This document shows, piece after piece, positions 27,201 to 38,472 of a stretch of DNA of 64,000 nucleotides. The stretch is from Podarcis pityusensis (taxonomy: Eukaryota). The stretch lies in assembly GCA_964106645.2 (NCBI GenBank), contig OZ067046.1. The stretch is one strand, 5' to 3'. Positions within the stretch are counted from its first letter, which is position 1; each line of letters opens with the position of its first letter. The notes beneath the pieces were generated by a model. That model ran no database searches. It was not told where the DNA came from and was given only the letters and a program-made list of their open reading frames with translations. A program made the translations under genes and the position numbers.

Positions 27201-28022
27201 CAGTTCTCGTGATGAGTGACGCAGTTGCTCCCTCCCTCGGTGCAGGCATGCACATCTGGTAACCTTTTCAATGAATTATTGAGAAACTGAGCAGTTCCCT
27301 GTTGTACCACTCCAGTGTGCAAGCGTGTTCCCTTCTAGAACGGACTTGTTCTTTTCCCCTTAAGCGGGGAAATTACTGTAGTGGGCTCATCATTAAATGG
27401 GGCGGGTGGGCGGGCAGGGAAACAGCTAAACTAGACTACCTGTTTTGGTATGGAACAAATATCTACAACTTCTTTCGGGGAAGAAAATGTTTTTTGGTTT
27501 TTTTAAGTAAAAAGGGAGTCATCTGCATTCAAGTACAAATAGCCTGTTTGTGTAAATAGGGGAATTGGCCTGTTTTCCCAAAGCATGGAATATTTGTAAT
27601 TGGTTCAGACCGCTACAGATTTCCAGGGCAAAGCTTAGAAATTGAGTATTTGTGACTTTTTCTCCTTCCACTGGCAACCCACAGTGTAATATTAAGGGAG
27701 TCTGAAATGCAAAGTGCTCTCTTGAGCTTCACTGCTGTGTGTTTTGACCAAGTGGTATTCCCAGTTGTCATCGGGTCGTCTGATCTCACTTAAACAATCA
27801 AAGTACCATCAGCAGAAAGGGAGTAGCACTTTAGTCTTCTTTGTTTGTGTAAAGATGTAGTCATTTTCTCCTACCCTATGGTACTGAATATTCTACACCT
27901 GTAGGAATTACTGCTGCTTATGCTAAAGCATCAGTGATAATTGTGCTTATTAGTAGTGTATGATACTATTCTCTTGGCATTGGTGAAAAATTTTATATTA
28001 CTTTAGAAAGCCCTGGACAACA

Positions 28023-28139
28023 AAGGGACCACGAAGGGCATATAGCCCAACCCTCTGCAATGCAGGAATCTTTTGCCTTGCTTATGTGGGGCTTGAACCC
28101 ATGATCCTGAGATTAAGAATCTCATGCTCCACCCACTGA
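28023..28139 (-). mobile_element. SINE with tRNA-Lys(CTT)-derived head and CR1-derived tail
   Basis: The minus strand reads TCAGTGGGTGGAGCATGAGATTCTTAATCTCAGGATCATGGGTTCAAGCCCCAC (tRNA-Lys-CTT-like), then ATTCCTGCATTGCAGAGGGTTGG (CR1 tail). Confidence 0.8.
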
Positions 28140-28614
28140 AACTGTGTTGGATTATTGTGCTAACTGCAATCATTGCTGCTGTGAATGACCACAATACTTA
28201 CCTTGTAGACATTTTAAGTTTTACATAGAATTGTCACCACTAACCCCTTGTCTTTCTAGTTATTTGGCTCCTAGTGTTTGCATATATTCATTCATATTCT
28301 CTCTCTCTGTGTCTCTCTCTCTCTCCACCCCCCATCACACACACTGGTTTTACTGAACACTTTAAGAGGAAACTAAAGGGAGTGTAGGACTGCTCCTTGT
28401 CCTTCGCCCTGACCTTCCTGTGTTGAGCAGAAAAGTCTGTAAGGGGATTGTAACCATGTTAGGATAAATCTGTTGACAGTCCTTCCCACAGTTGGGCCTC
28501 TGATTGCATGGGGGTCTTGATCGTGGGGAGAAGTGCATAATCCACCAAAGAGGGAAGTGGTTGTGCTTGCAGCATTTCATATATAGGTTTCAGGAGTCCT
28601 GAAGAGGGCTGCAC

Positions 28615-28820
28615 TTGTGTCATGCAGTGGTTAGACTAGGATTGGGGAGACCAGGTTCAAGTCCTATCTCAGCTCTGAAGCTCACTGATAAGCTTGGCCC
28701 AGCCTCTCTCTTACAGCCTAACCTACCCCACAGACTTGTTCTGAAGATAAAATGGAGATAAAATGGCAAGGTGTTTGTAGACTGCCTTGAACTCTCTCTG
28801 ATATATAAAAGTAATAAATA
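28615..28820 (+). mobile_element. Squam3-like SINE, decayed
   Basis: A box gtggttaga, B box ggttcaagtcc, body agcctaacctaccccacag…gataaaatgg. Confidence 0.6.
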
Positions 28821-30487
28821 TCAATACAGGATAGCACTTGATTCATCTGGGGAATAGGAATCAACAAAGGTTTTTGCCATCATAATCTGCTATTCTGTTT
28901 TGGTACAAGAATACTTGGAGTTTTTTTCTGGATTTTTTTCTGACGTTTACAAGGTTGCAAGCCCTTGGGTATTCTACAAAGTTTTGCTCAAAGTAAATCT
29001 CTTGAAATAAATGGACTTAGGCACCCTGAGTAAGTAAGAGTTGACTATCACCTAATATAAAAATGAAAATAGTGAAATTTAAGGTATTTGGTATTCTTCC
29101 TGGCCAAGTAAAATGTTTTAACTGATCATGCAACTAGGATTTGTATATTTATTCCTAAACATATAGGGATAGTTGAAGTAAGCGTTACACCTCCTAATTC
29201 TTTTATATATTCATTATTTTATAGTAATGCAGTAGTGTCCGTGGCTGATCTTGACCTTGATAGTTTAGGTGAAAAATTATTTTCTATATCTGATTCTCCT
29301 TTTCCCATAGATATTAAATAATGTAAGTTAAGCTGTGAATGTGTTACCTTTTCCCTTCATACAAGATGGGTTATATAAGAAAGAAAGGATAAGAAGAAAC
29401 AGAGCTGGTCAGAAGCTCACTTCTCGCATGCTCTCTGCTGTGAAATGTGTAAGGAATGAAACTTAATAGAGAAGTGGAAATACCATTGTGAAATTGTAGC
29501 TGTTATGTGGTTAGAAGATGAATAGATATTGTGTAATGAAGAACCAGAGAAAAATATACCATACTGAGCTGTAGAAAATTTTATTAGCGAAGAAGTGATT
29601 AGTAAAGGGCCCACAGCTACTGCAGCAGTTCAGCATCACAACCTATGTCATTGCATCATATTTGCTTGGAGTTTTGCTGCTACTAATTTTAGGATTGGTA
29701 TGCAAGAACCTTATTCTGTAACAGAATGCTGCTCCTGATGTTCCAGATATTAGTGGAAGATCTCAGGGAAACCAGAATTAAGGTTTCTGCTATTCTCTAG
29801 CCTTCCTTTTTTTTTTTTTTACCACAATAGTATATGAGTTAACAGTTTTATACACTTTTCACGGTTTATTTTGAGAACTGATATTTAGCAGCTGAATTTT
29901 GACAGCAAGCATATCCATTAACCACAACTGGGTCCTTTCTGCCACCCCCCCCAAAAGACTTTAAGAAATGAGTAGCTATAACAAATTCACAGGGCTGCAT
30001 TTATCTTCTATAGAGTCTCCATTTCATCAAGAATGGTGATGAAGAAATTGCGTACATTATATAGGCTCAAGATTAGAACAGATGTCTAGTTGTGGTATTG
30101 GCCCTTGGATCTTATAACCTGTTTTGCTAATGATGAACAGTACAGATTTCAGGAATTCAGTTGTTAGTTAACTTGACTAAGAAAACTTAAAGCATAAAAC
30201 CTAGTAATTTTGGTTTTTAATTTATAACTTGCTAGCAAACTTGCCTGCTAAAAGTTTAATAAGTTGTTTTTGTAAGGCCAGTAGGGAAATAATTGTATAG
30301 GCATAAATAATCTGCAGTTACTTAGACTGCAGCTTGGGGGAGCTTACTGTCTTCTCTAACATACACAGAATCTTCTCCGTATTTTGGTTCTCTTACACAC
30401 AAACACCGGATTCCTGTTCATGCTTGATTTACTACTTTTCGTTTGTGACAAGACAGGCATTTTGACAGTCATGTAATGCAAACACAT

Positions 30488-30514
30488 CAGTTCCCTCTGT
30501 AAAATGGGGATAAT
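30488..30514 (+). mobile_element. MIR/CORE-SINE core remnant
   Basis: cagttccctctgtaaaatggggataat matches the MIR core motif (…tctgtaaaatggggataat). Confidence 0.5.
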
Positions 30515-30524
30515 GTCTTCTTCT

Positions 30525-30655
30525 TTTATTTACTGTATTTATTTATTTTATATCCTGCCTTTCTTCCATAATGGTACCAAGATTGTGTACATGTGGTTTC
30601 CAGATGGTCATCCATCCAGGGACTGACTTGTCCCAGACTTGCTTTAGCTTCAGCC
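30525..30655 (-). mobile_element. 5S rRNA-derived SINE (SINE3-like) remnant with L2-type tail
   Basis: 30597-30652 aligns by eye with the reverse complement of the 5S rRNA internal control region. On the minus strand it is followed by …ggaagaaaggcaggatataaaataaat. Confidence 0.5.
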
Positions 30656-31261
30656 AATTGGTGTCCCTCATGTACCCTCAGATCATACCCTGGGATTTAT
30701 GCTTTTATACCCACTGTAGTAGAAGCTTAACTTTACTAATGCTCTTTGAGTACCAGATATTTCCTTAACCTTTCTCTGAATAATGACTATTTTTTGAGAA
30801 TTTGTCACAGAAGAAAATTGGGCACAGGAACTCTTTAATAGCATACTCAGATAAGATGTAATATCTGGGTTGGACTCTCATTCCAGGCTTTGTAAACTCT
30901 GGTTTATGAAGCCAGGAACGAGCATTGGGGGCTGAGCACGCATCCATTGTGTGCCAGCTTTGACACAAAGATCCTGGGTGGTCCTAAGTTTCCTGTTATG
31001 TCCAAATTGGGGAACTGTAGCTTCATATTAGTTCGCAAACCAGGAAAATAGCCAACAGTCCTAACTTGTTAACCAGTAATAGGCCTAAGAAGAACCATAA
31101 TACCCAGCTTTCTTTTTTCTTTTCTTTCCTTTTTGTAAGCTTTTAGCATTTTTGGAACCTGACATATTTTAGAACTTGAAGCAAAACAGGCAGACACCAT
31201 TCTTCTCATTTCTTATGAGGAAGTTAGAGTGAAAATTCTGGCAGACACCCATGTATTTGAG

Positions 31262-31560
31262 AGACAGACAGACAGACAGACAGACACACTTAGTAGATAG
31301 GTGCATGTGAGTTGTGGGCATGTGTAAGAGAAAGGGAAGGAGGGGGAGCACATGCATGTATGGTCTGTGAGCGGGAGGAGTAGGGGTAGAGATGTGTATG
31401 TGGTCTGTGTGTATCTGTGGTCTGTGAGAGAGAGAGGGAGAGATGTATATGAGGAATGTGTTTCATGAGTGAGTTGAGAGAGATGCACGTGTGTATGTGG
31501 CCTGTATGTGTGCTGTGCATGCGCAGGAGAAAGAGTGGTGTGATCTCTTTTCTTTTTTTT
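31262..31560. repeat. (GACA)n microsatellite and GT/GA-rich low-complexity tract, probably the interior of an old DNA element
   Basis: About 6 GACA units at 31262-31286, then degenerate TGTG/GAGA repeats. Explains the His/Thr-rich spurious ORFs here. Confidence 0.7.
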
Positions 31561-32899
31561 TGCTGGTGTTGGGAAATGCTCCATTGTTATTAGACAATGT
31601 TTGTGATGTTGGAGGGAGGTGGGAGGGGGGGAGAGAACTCAGGACATAGCTGACTTCCTGTGGTAAGCCTTTGGCTGTCTTGGGTGGGTGGGAAGCATCA
31701 ATGACTGAACTGTCTCTGATTTCACCATGCCCCCACAACAGGCATGCTGTGTTATGCCATGGCAACCATTTTGTGACTGGTGCCCATCATGCTTCCTTAA
31801 AATTCAAAATGTGCCTTCTGGTCCAAAAATACTTTTTTAAGATAGTGTGCCCATATAGAAATTACAAGGTTTGTCCACAACATAAACATTCAGGAAGTAT
31901 TCTGCTTCTTGTGGAGAAAATGCAGTTTACATATGTCTGCACCATACCTATATCATGACTGATTTAAAAAAAACACAACTAAAAATCAGGAGACAGTTTG
32001 GAGGCCAAAAATAAATACCCAAACCAGACTTCAGTCAGGGACACATCAGATTGTAGGGAAAAAGTAGGAACATTTTAAAAAGTGGAAGCTTTAAAAAAAA
32101 GTTTCATATTATAATAGAAGGGGGGAAAGGAACACTGTGTTCATGGCAGAAATGCCATCTGGAGAAAATATGAGCATACTTCCACGCAAATGTCGTACTG
32201 CAGTGTATTAAGGGTAGCAGAAGTATCATGTTCAAGACACGTGATAGCTCCACTTGACTGAACAGGCTTCATCTGATGTTTTACGTTCATATATCTGGAA
32301 TATGAACTGTGACATGGTGTAGCTTTTCTCCCCCTGTGATGCAAACCTGCCCCCTGCAACAATCTATAGAGGGATTCAGCTGGATCTGGATCTTGTGAAA
32401 GGGTTCAGCTAAAACTTGGTTCTTGTACATTCAGCAATGTGATAGCTGATTGCATGTGGACCCTTTTGCAAGGCTGTAGGGGTCTCCCTAGGAAGTGATG
32501 GGGGAGGGAATCACCTAATGGTGCAAGTGGTCATATTAATCTGCTCTGTGAAATAGACATCTTCAAGGTCTGTCATGACAGTAGATTTCAAATATGTTTG
32601 AAAATAGGGCCACAGATAGTATAGTTAAATAGCAGAAATACAGATTTAAGTATTTAAAACAAAAACACTTTGGAGGGTGATTCTCCAGTAGCGTCAACTG
32701 TGTTTGGGAGAGGAGTGTCACTGAATAATTATTTCAGATTTTTGTTGTAACTGAAGAGTAGTAAGAGAACAGTAGTGCCGATCTTTCCTCCATTTGGGGT
32801 GGACAAGATGATCTCATGAGTTTTCTCGTCAGTTCTGTTATTTTGTAAACACAACTTTAAAAAAAACCAACCACAATAGGAAGGAATTAATATTTAAAT

Positions 32900-33560
32900 C
32901 AAACTAGTTGCATATTTTATTACGATTGGATTGAGCGCTAAGCGTAACAATGAAATTCATTACTATTTCCCCTCCCCCAAATGAGAAATGTAGGCTGCTT
33001 GCCAAAGGAAATGCTTATCTCAAATTAATTTGAAATTAACTGCATTTTTATGCAGCAGCGTTTGAACCCATTAGATGCAATGGCATAAAGGTCCAGTCAG
33101 CTTGCCGGAGGGCCACCGTATAGCTGTAATTAGTGGAAATCGCCTTGTTTGCTTCAGCTCGTAATCGTGAATTTTCCAGTGCTCTCCTGTTTGTTTAAAA
33201 TGGGGGGAGATAAATTAGCCAGGTTTGAGAAGATAGTTAAAGATATTCAGCCTTTCCTTCGATCCCAGTGGCCAATGTGAGGATGGTGTTGGGGACGGTT
33301 TAATTTCCTGCCGAAGTCCTTCCCATGCTGTGTGCTCACAGGCTCCTTGGAGCTGAGCACCATATAATTGATGTGCAGCCTGCATTGCTGAAGCTTGGAC
33401 TGCACCATTCGCAGCGTGAGGGAAGATGTAATCTGATCTCTGTGCCGCTCGGGGAGGAATCTGTTCAGTCAAGGCTTTGACAGGGCAAAGTCTCCTCCAA
33501 TAATCTTCCCCCCTCACTCATTATTCCCTTAAGTTCTCCTCAGACAAGCTGTACGTATGT
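32900..33560 (+). promoter_or_regulatory. Putative FBXW7-beta promoter and 5' UTR
   Basis: Repeat-free, relatively CpG-retaining block directly upstream of the beta ATG, with an inverted CCAAT (ATTGG near 32925) and several TAAT/ATTA homeobox cores. The TSS cannot be placed. Confidence 0.5.
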
Positions 33561-33830
33561 ATGTGTGCCGGGAGGAGGTTTTTGATATCGAGCTTCGTTC
33601 CTCGCATTTACGGTGGAGTTTGCTTGCTGCTGCTGCTTCTGCTGCCTGATCTTCCTTCTCCGACGTGCCCGAGCATGTCCACATTAGAGTCTGTGACATA
33701 TCTACCTGAAAAAGGTTTATATTGTCAGAGGCTACCAAGCAGCCGGACACACGGGGGCACGGAACCGCTGAAGGGGAAAAATACCGAAAACATGGGGTTC
33801 TACGGCACTTTAAAAATGATTTTTTACAAA
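33561..33830 (+). CDS. FBXW7: FBXW7 beta-isoform first coding exon (90 aa, hydrophobic N-terminal segment)
   Basis: MCAGRR...CLLLLLLLPDLPSPTCPSMSTLESVTYLPEKGLYCQRLPSSRTHGGTEPLKGKNTENMGFYGTLKMIFYK matches the beta N-terminus. Phase-0 donor AAA|GTAAGT at 33830/33831. Confidence 0.95.
33661..33680. promoter_or_regulatory. Candidate p53 response element inside the beta exon
   Basis: CGACGTGCCC (8/10) followed by GAGCATGTCC (10/10 RRRCWWGYYY) with no spacer. Mammalian FBXW7-beta is an established p53 target. Confidence 0.6.
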
Positions 33831-33845
33831 GTAAGTAACCGGTAT

Positions 33846-33934
33846 GGTGTGTGTGTTCCTTCCTATATGTATCTATATAGATGTGTCTGTGTGTGTGTCT
33901 GTGTGTGTATGTGCCTCTGTGTTTGTGTGTCTGT
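33846..33934 (+). repeat. Imperfect (TG)n tract just 3' of the beta donor
   Basis: Interrupted TG repeats starting about 15 nt into the intron. Confidence 0.85.
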
Positions 33935-35736
33935 TGAGGAAAGAAAAATCTGTATCATCAGAGATGGCTGCGGTATCTCTCTGTATTCCCCCCCTCCTTT
34001 GGTGGTGCCTGGATGCTTAACATGCTATACGCTGAATAAAGGCAAATAATGAAAGGGCTCAATGAGATGCGAAATCCTTTTATTTTAGGAGTCTGCATGG
34101 GAAACCAAAGAAAGATCAGACTATTTACGTTCGACTGAACTGGCTCTTCAGCTCAGCACTTTAGCCTGGTTTTTTTTCCTCCCTTGAAAAAAAAAAAGAC
34201 CATTTTCTGCTTTCACTCAGTATTTCGTGTTCATTTTGCAGGTTTGGATGCAAATAGTACTGATGTTAGCATGTAATTGCTTATATCAAAGAGACATTTT
34301 GAGCATGCTGTGAAATGTTTCAGAGATACAGTGTATTCCCAAGAGCAATGCAGAATACAGTCTGCAGGATCTGTTATTTTAAAAAAAACACAACCATAAT
34401 TTTCTACAAGATTGTGTGTTTCCTCAGGTACTTGTGGAGCAAGTTTTTGAATTTCACAGAAACCCCTACAAAATTGCAATTGTTTACACTAGATACCTCT
34501 AATGGGCATAAACTTCTTTTTAGCCTAACAAAGTGGTAATTTTATTAAAAGTATTTCATAGAGTGCCAAGTGCTAAGCTTTTGCAGGTTTCCCAGTACCT
34601 AAAACAGTTGGAGCTTAAAAGGGATGGAAAAAGTTTCCTACAAATATTAAGAAAACAGGAGTTTCGTTGCATCCTTGGACAACTGCCTGTTGTTTAGAAT
34701 GTATCCCATGCTTTTGAGAAAATGAAGTTGTATTCAGAGTAGGAGTTAGTGTTATAATTCATATTCCTAACATTTGTTTGCTGAAGTAAAATAAATCATT
34801 TCATAGTCGGAAACAAGAAATATTACTGCTGGAATATCATGATACCCCCTAGGGGAGAATCAGTTTAATTTTTAATGGAGGTTAAAAGCACCTAGTATAT
34901 GAACCCCCATTTCTGGAGCTGCAATTTGGTTATAGCAAAAGGGTGCTCTGCAATAAATCGATGTCTTTTTCTAAATATGGGAAGTGCTTTCCAAGGGTTT
35001 TCAGACATGCTCCTGTACATGGATGAAAATATGGTCTCCATTATCCTCAGCCTTGCTCTGAAAAAAGGTTGCTGGTGGAGAAGGCTTTTTGGTTCTGTGT
35101 GGTGCATGCTGTGTATTGTCCCATGTGAGGCACAGGCTCGCAAATAAGGCTGAGCACAAGAGGAGGGTGTCCATTATTGCTCAAGTGAAAAAGATAAGCA
35201 TCACAATTTAAATGGAAACCTTGTTTAAAAATAAAGCACAATTCATAAGCGTAAAAAGATAAGTACAGAATTAAGAGAATGCTTATTTCCTTAGTGAAAA
35301 TGCACTTTAGTATCTTGAATGATTCTAATGTATCTTCGGTGTCAGCAGACAGCCACAATACATAGTGAATGTCCATTTTTTAAAAAAATGGGAATGGGAA
35401 AATCTGAATTTGCATGGTAGTGTATATTTGATTTTACCTGCCAACTGGTATGAAACCAGTCATTTTAAATAGCTACCATATTAAGAAAAACAACCAGATA
35501 TAAATCTGGGCAAAAGCACATGTATATTCCATACTGTTTAGTCAGCATAGGTGTCGAATTGCTCCTGCTGCATCTTGTCAAACCTAAAAAGTTTGCTTTT
35601 GGATGTATTCCACTTTGCATATGTTTTTGTATGCTTCTTTCAGTTTCCAGTCTAAACGTTTGTAGTTAAAAGATTACTTGATATAGAAGTGTTGGTAACT
35701 TTGATAAACTTCTCTGTGGTTGACAATGCAACACTG

Positions 35737-35759
35737 CACACACACACACACACACACAC
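35737..35759. repeat. (CA)n microsatellite
   Basis: About 11 CA units. Confidence 0.9.
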
Positions 35760-36281
35760 GGTTATCTTGCCATATTGCACAAAGCTACTTGTCCTAAGGC
35801 CATCCTAATGACACTAGTGGTAAAAATGTAAGGAACTGCCCAAAGGGAGGTAGTTTCATGTGCTTTTTCACATTCGTAAAATGTTTCTGATCTGTGTTTT
35901 TAAGTGTTTATCAGAGAATATTTCATTCAGTTTGATGTTGTTTTAGCATTTATACCTATCATTCCAAAGAATGTGCAGAGTAATGAACTGAATCATTTAA
36001 TAACTCATTGATATGAATAAATGTGCGGAAACAAATCATAATGCAAATCATAATGCAGCAGGGTATCTTCTAGCTGCCAAGTGATTATGGTGCAAAGGGT
36101 TGTAGAAAAGCTGGGTCATTGGAATAATTTATGTTCTGTTAGTTTAAAATGCAGGTTGCACAGGCTGATATTAAGAAAATCTTGATAGGTACAGGCAAAA
36201 AGATTACCACCCTGTTCATTAAGGGCCTCGCTTATGCTGCCAGACTAACACCATTTTTTTGTTCCTTGTCCCATTTTGTAG

Positions 36282-36364
36282 ATGAAGAGAAAGTTGGACC
36301 ATGGCTCCGAGGTCCGTTCTTTCTCACTGGGAAAGAAACCCTGCAAAGTCTCAGAATACACAAG
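36282..36364 (+). CDS. FBXW7: FBXW7 first shared exon (83 nt; MKRKLDHGSEVRSFSLGKKPCKVSEYT, NLS)
   Basis: Branch-point-like GACTAAC at 36243-36249, pyrimidine tract and TAG acceptor, donor AG|GTAATT. The peptide matches FBXW7. Confidence 0.97.
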
Positions 36365-38050
36365 GTAATTTAATGCAATGACAGGTCATCTGTTTAAGAT
36401 ACACGACTGCAGCCTGTACTTCCTGCCCAGCCACCTCTTGCATAGTCATACCACAAAACAAATCTGAGTGAATTATCTGCATTCATAAGTACCTCACTTG
36501 CTCGAAACTGCTGAAGTTATAAATTTATAAAAAGATAAACAAACCCTTTTATTTACAAATTTAGGATGAATCCTTTTACGTGGCTTCAAAGGACCCTAAT
36601 ATTTTTCTTCCCTCACATCTACCCAGTGAAGGGAAACTTGCAGATTGGGATATGCATCAAGTTGGACTATAGAGACAACAAAATCATTGGTGTTAATCAC
36701 AACATTCTTGCATACAACAACATGATAATTCCTGAGTCACATTGAATAATAACCTCTCCACAACATGGAGTTCCGTTTATAAATTAAAGAGATGTACATT
36801 TATCATAAGCAGGCACGTCAATTTAACAACTCTTTAATTTCCTTTGGTTAGGAATTTCAGTACCAGGGATGCATACAACTCGACTTCACTACTTGGTAGT
36901 TGCCATAACAACTACCTCTTGCATTTGAGCTTGTTCAAATCTGCAGCATTGTGAAACTTTCTGGTTTTAACAGATTGCTTTCCATAGGCAATTTATCTGC
37001 TGTTCAGTTTTAATCTTCCTTTTAAATTCTTCATTATGAATTAAAATATATTCATTTATATATTTCCCCCCTCAAATTTATAGGTCTACCATTGTTGAAT
37101 TGTGTAAAAAGAAAAACAGGGAAAATGCTATGCAGATATTTGATTAATTGTAGAAGTTTGCATACAGAAGTTTGCATATAGAATGCTTGTTAGTGCATTT
37201 CTAGCTAATAAATCCTTTCCTAATTTATGTGTGGTTTTTTAAAAAAAATCCTGGAAAAGCCAACATAGCTACTCATAAAATACAATGTTTTTGAAGACAA
37301 TATCGCTATTAACTTGCTCATACTTATTTAGATTTGAATTAGAAGGAAACATCTTTGGAGTTCATTTTATATAAGTATCTTACATTTGTGAACTCAGAAA
37401 TGCCTTCAAGGATAGTTCTTTACCTAAAATAAACCAGTTTATTTAATCTGTGCTCATCAGATAACAACTGTGCCCATCATTGATGAAATGGTTATGTTTT
37501 CAATTCTGTAAATGTGTCATCCCTGTTTTCAGAAAATTGTTCTAAACTAATTAGTTTTATGAGCCTTATTTTGCCTGCAAAAAAGGCTGTAAAATAAAAT
37601 GCTAAAATAATGCCTTTGAATTATACTTTATACTGAGTTCCAGATTATTTCTCCACCTAGGCCCATTTGTCTACTTCTCTGACTAGCAATGACACTTCAA
37701 GGCCTTAGATGCTGGCCTTTCTTAGCACTGATTTCTGAAATCCTTCAAACTGGATATGCTGAACCTAGAAAATCCCATATCCATGGTACTTCAATCAGTG
37801 TTTTGTTAGGTACACATCAAATTTATGCAAATTTGCAGTCATGTAGTTTTTGCTGTTTTGGCAAACCCAGGGAAGCAAAGTGTCAGTATTTGGCTTATAA
37901 TTACATTGAAGCACATGCTTCTTACAAATTAGAAACATACAATAATCCTAGATGTCCAGTGAAATATGTATAAAAAGCAAATGTGTCTCAACTGACTAGA
38001 GTTACCCTTTTCAAAATATTCAAATATCTACAACATGTTGTAAATGAAAG

Positions 38051-38472
38051 CAGCGGCGTAGCGTGGGTTGTCAGCACCCGGGGCAAGGCAAGTAATTTGC
38101 GCCCCCTAACCCGGGGCAAGGCAAGTAATTTGCGCCCCCTAACCCCTAACCTGCCGCCGCTGCCAGCTTCTTCTTGCTGCTGCCTGGTCTGGTCTGGTGT
38201 GGTTCTCTCCCGCGCTCAGTGCTGCGCTGGGCGGCCGCTGCACTGTCCCTCCCCCAGATAGTCCCTCGCTCTCTCTCCGCACCGCACGCCTGGCACCCAC
38301 CCCCTCCACAGTGGGCGGCGACCCAGCGGCTCGGATCGGATTCGCACAGCCAGCGCTGCAGTGAGAGAGAGTGAGTGAGCCAGGTAGGGGCAGAGAGCTG
38401 CGAGTGTGAGCGCGCGCCCCCCAGATGTTGCGCCCGGTGCGGCCGGCCCCCCCTGCACCCCCCACGCTACTG
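38051..38472. mobile_element. Young GC/CpG-rich non-autonomous hAT (Tip100-like) element
   Basis: Perfect 8-bp TSD AATGAAAG (38043-38050, 38473-38480). Termini CAGCGGCGTAGCGTGGG and CCCACGCTACTG. Internal perfect 33-bp tandem duplication at 38076-38141. Confidence 0.88.

Noticed and set aside
31169-31765. Cluster of His/Thr/Leu-rich minus-strand ORFs
   Set aside because: They are translations of GT/GA low-complexity sequence.
33831-34049. Extension of the beta ORF to 162 aa
   Set aside because: It is read-through past a consensus GTAAGT donor into a TG repeat (CVCVCV). The same applies to the ORF-track extensions around other exons.
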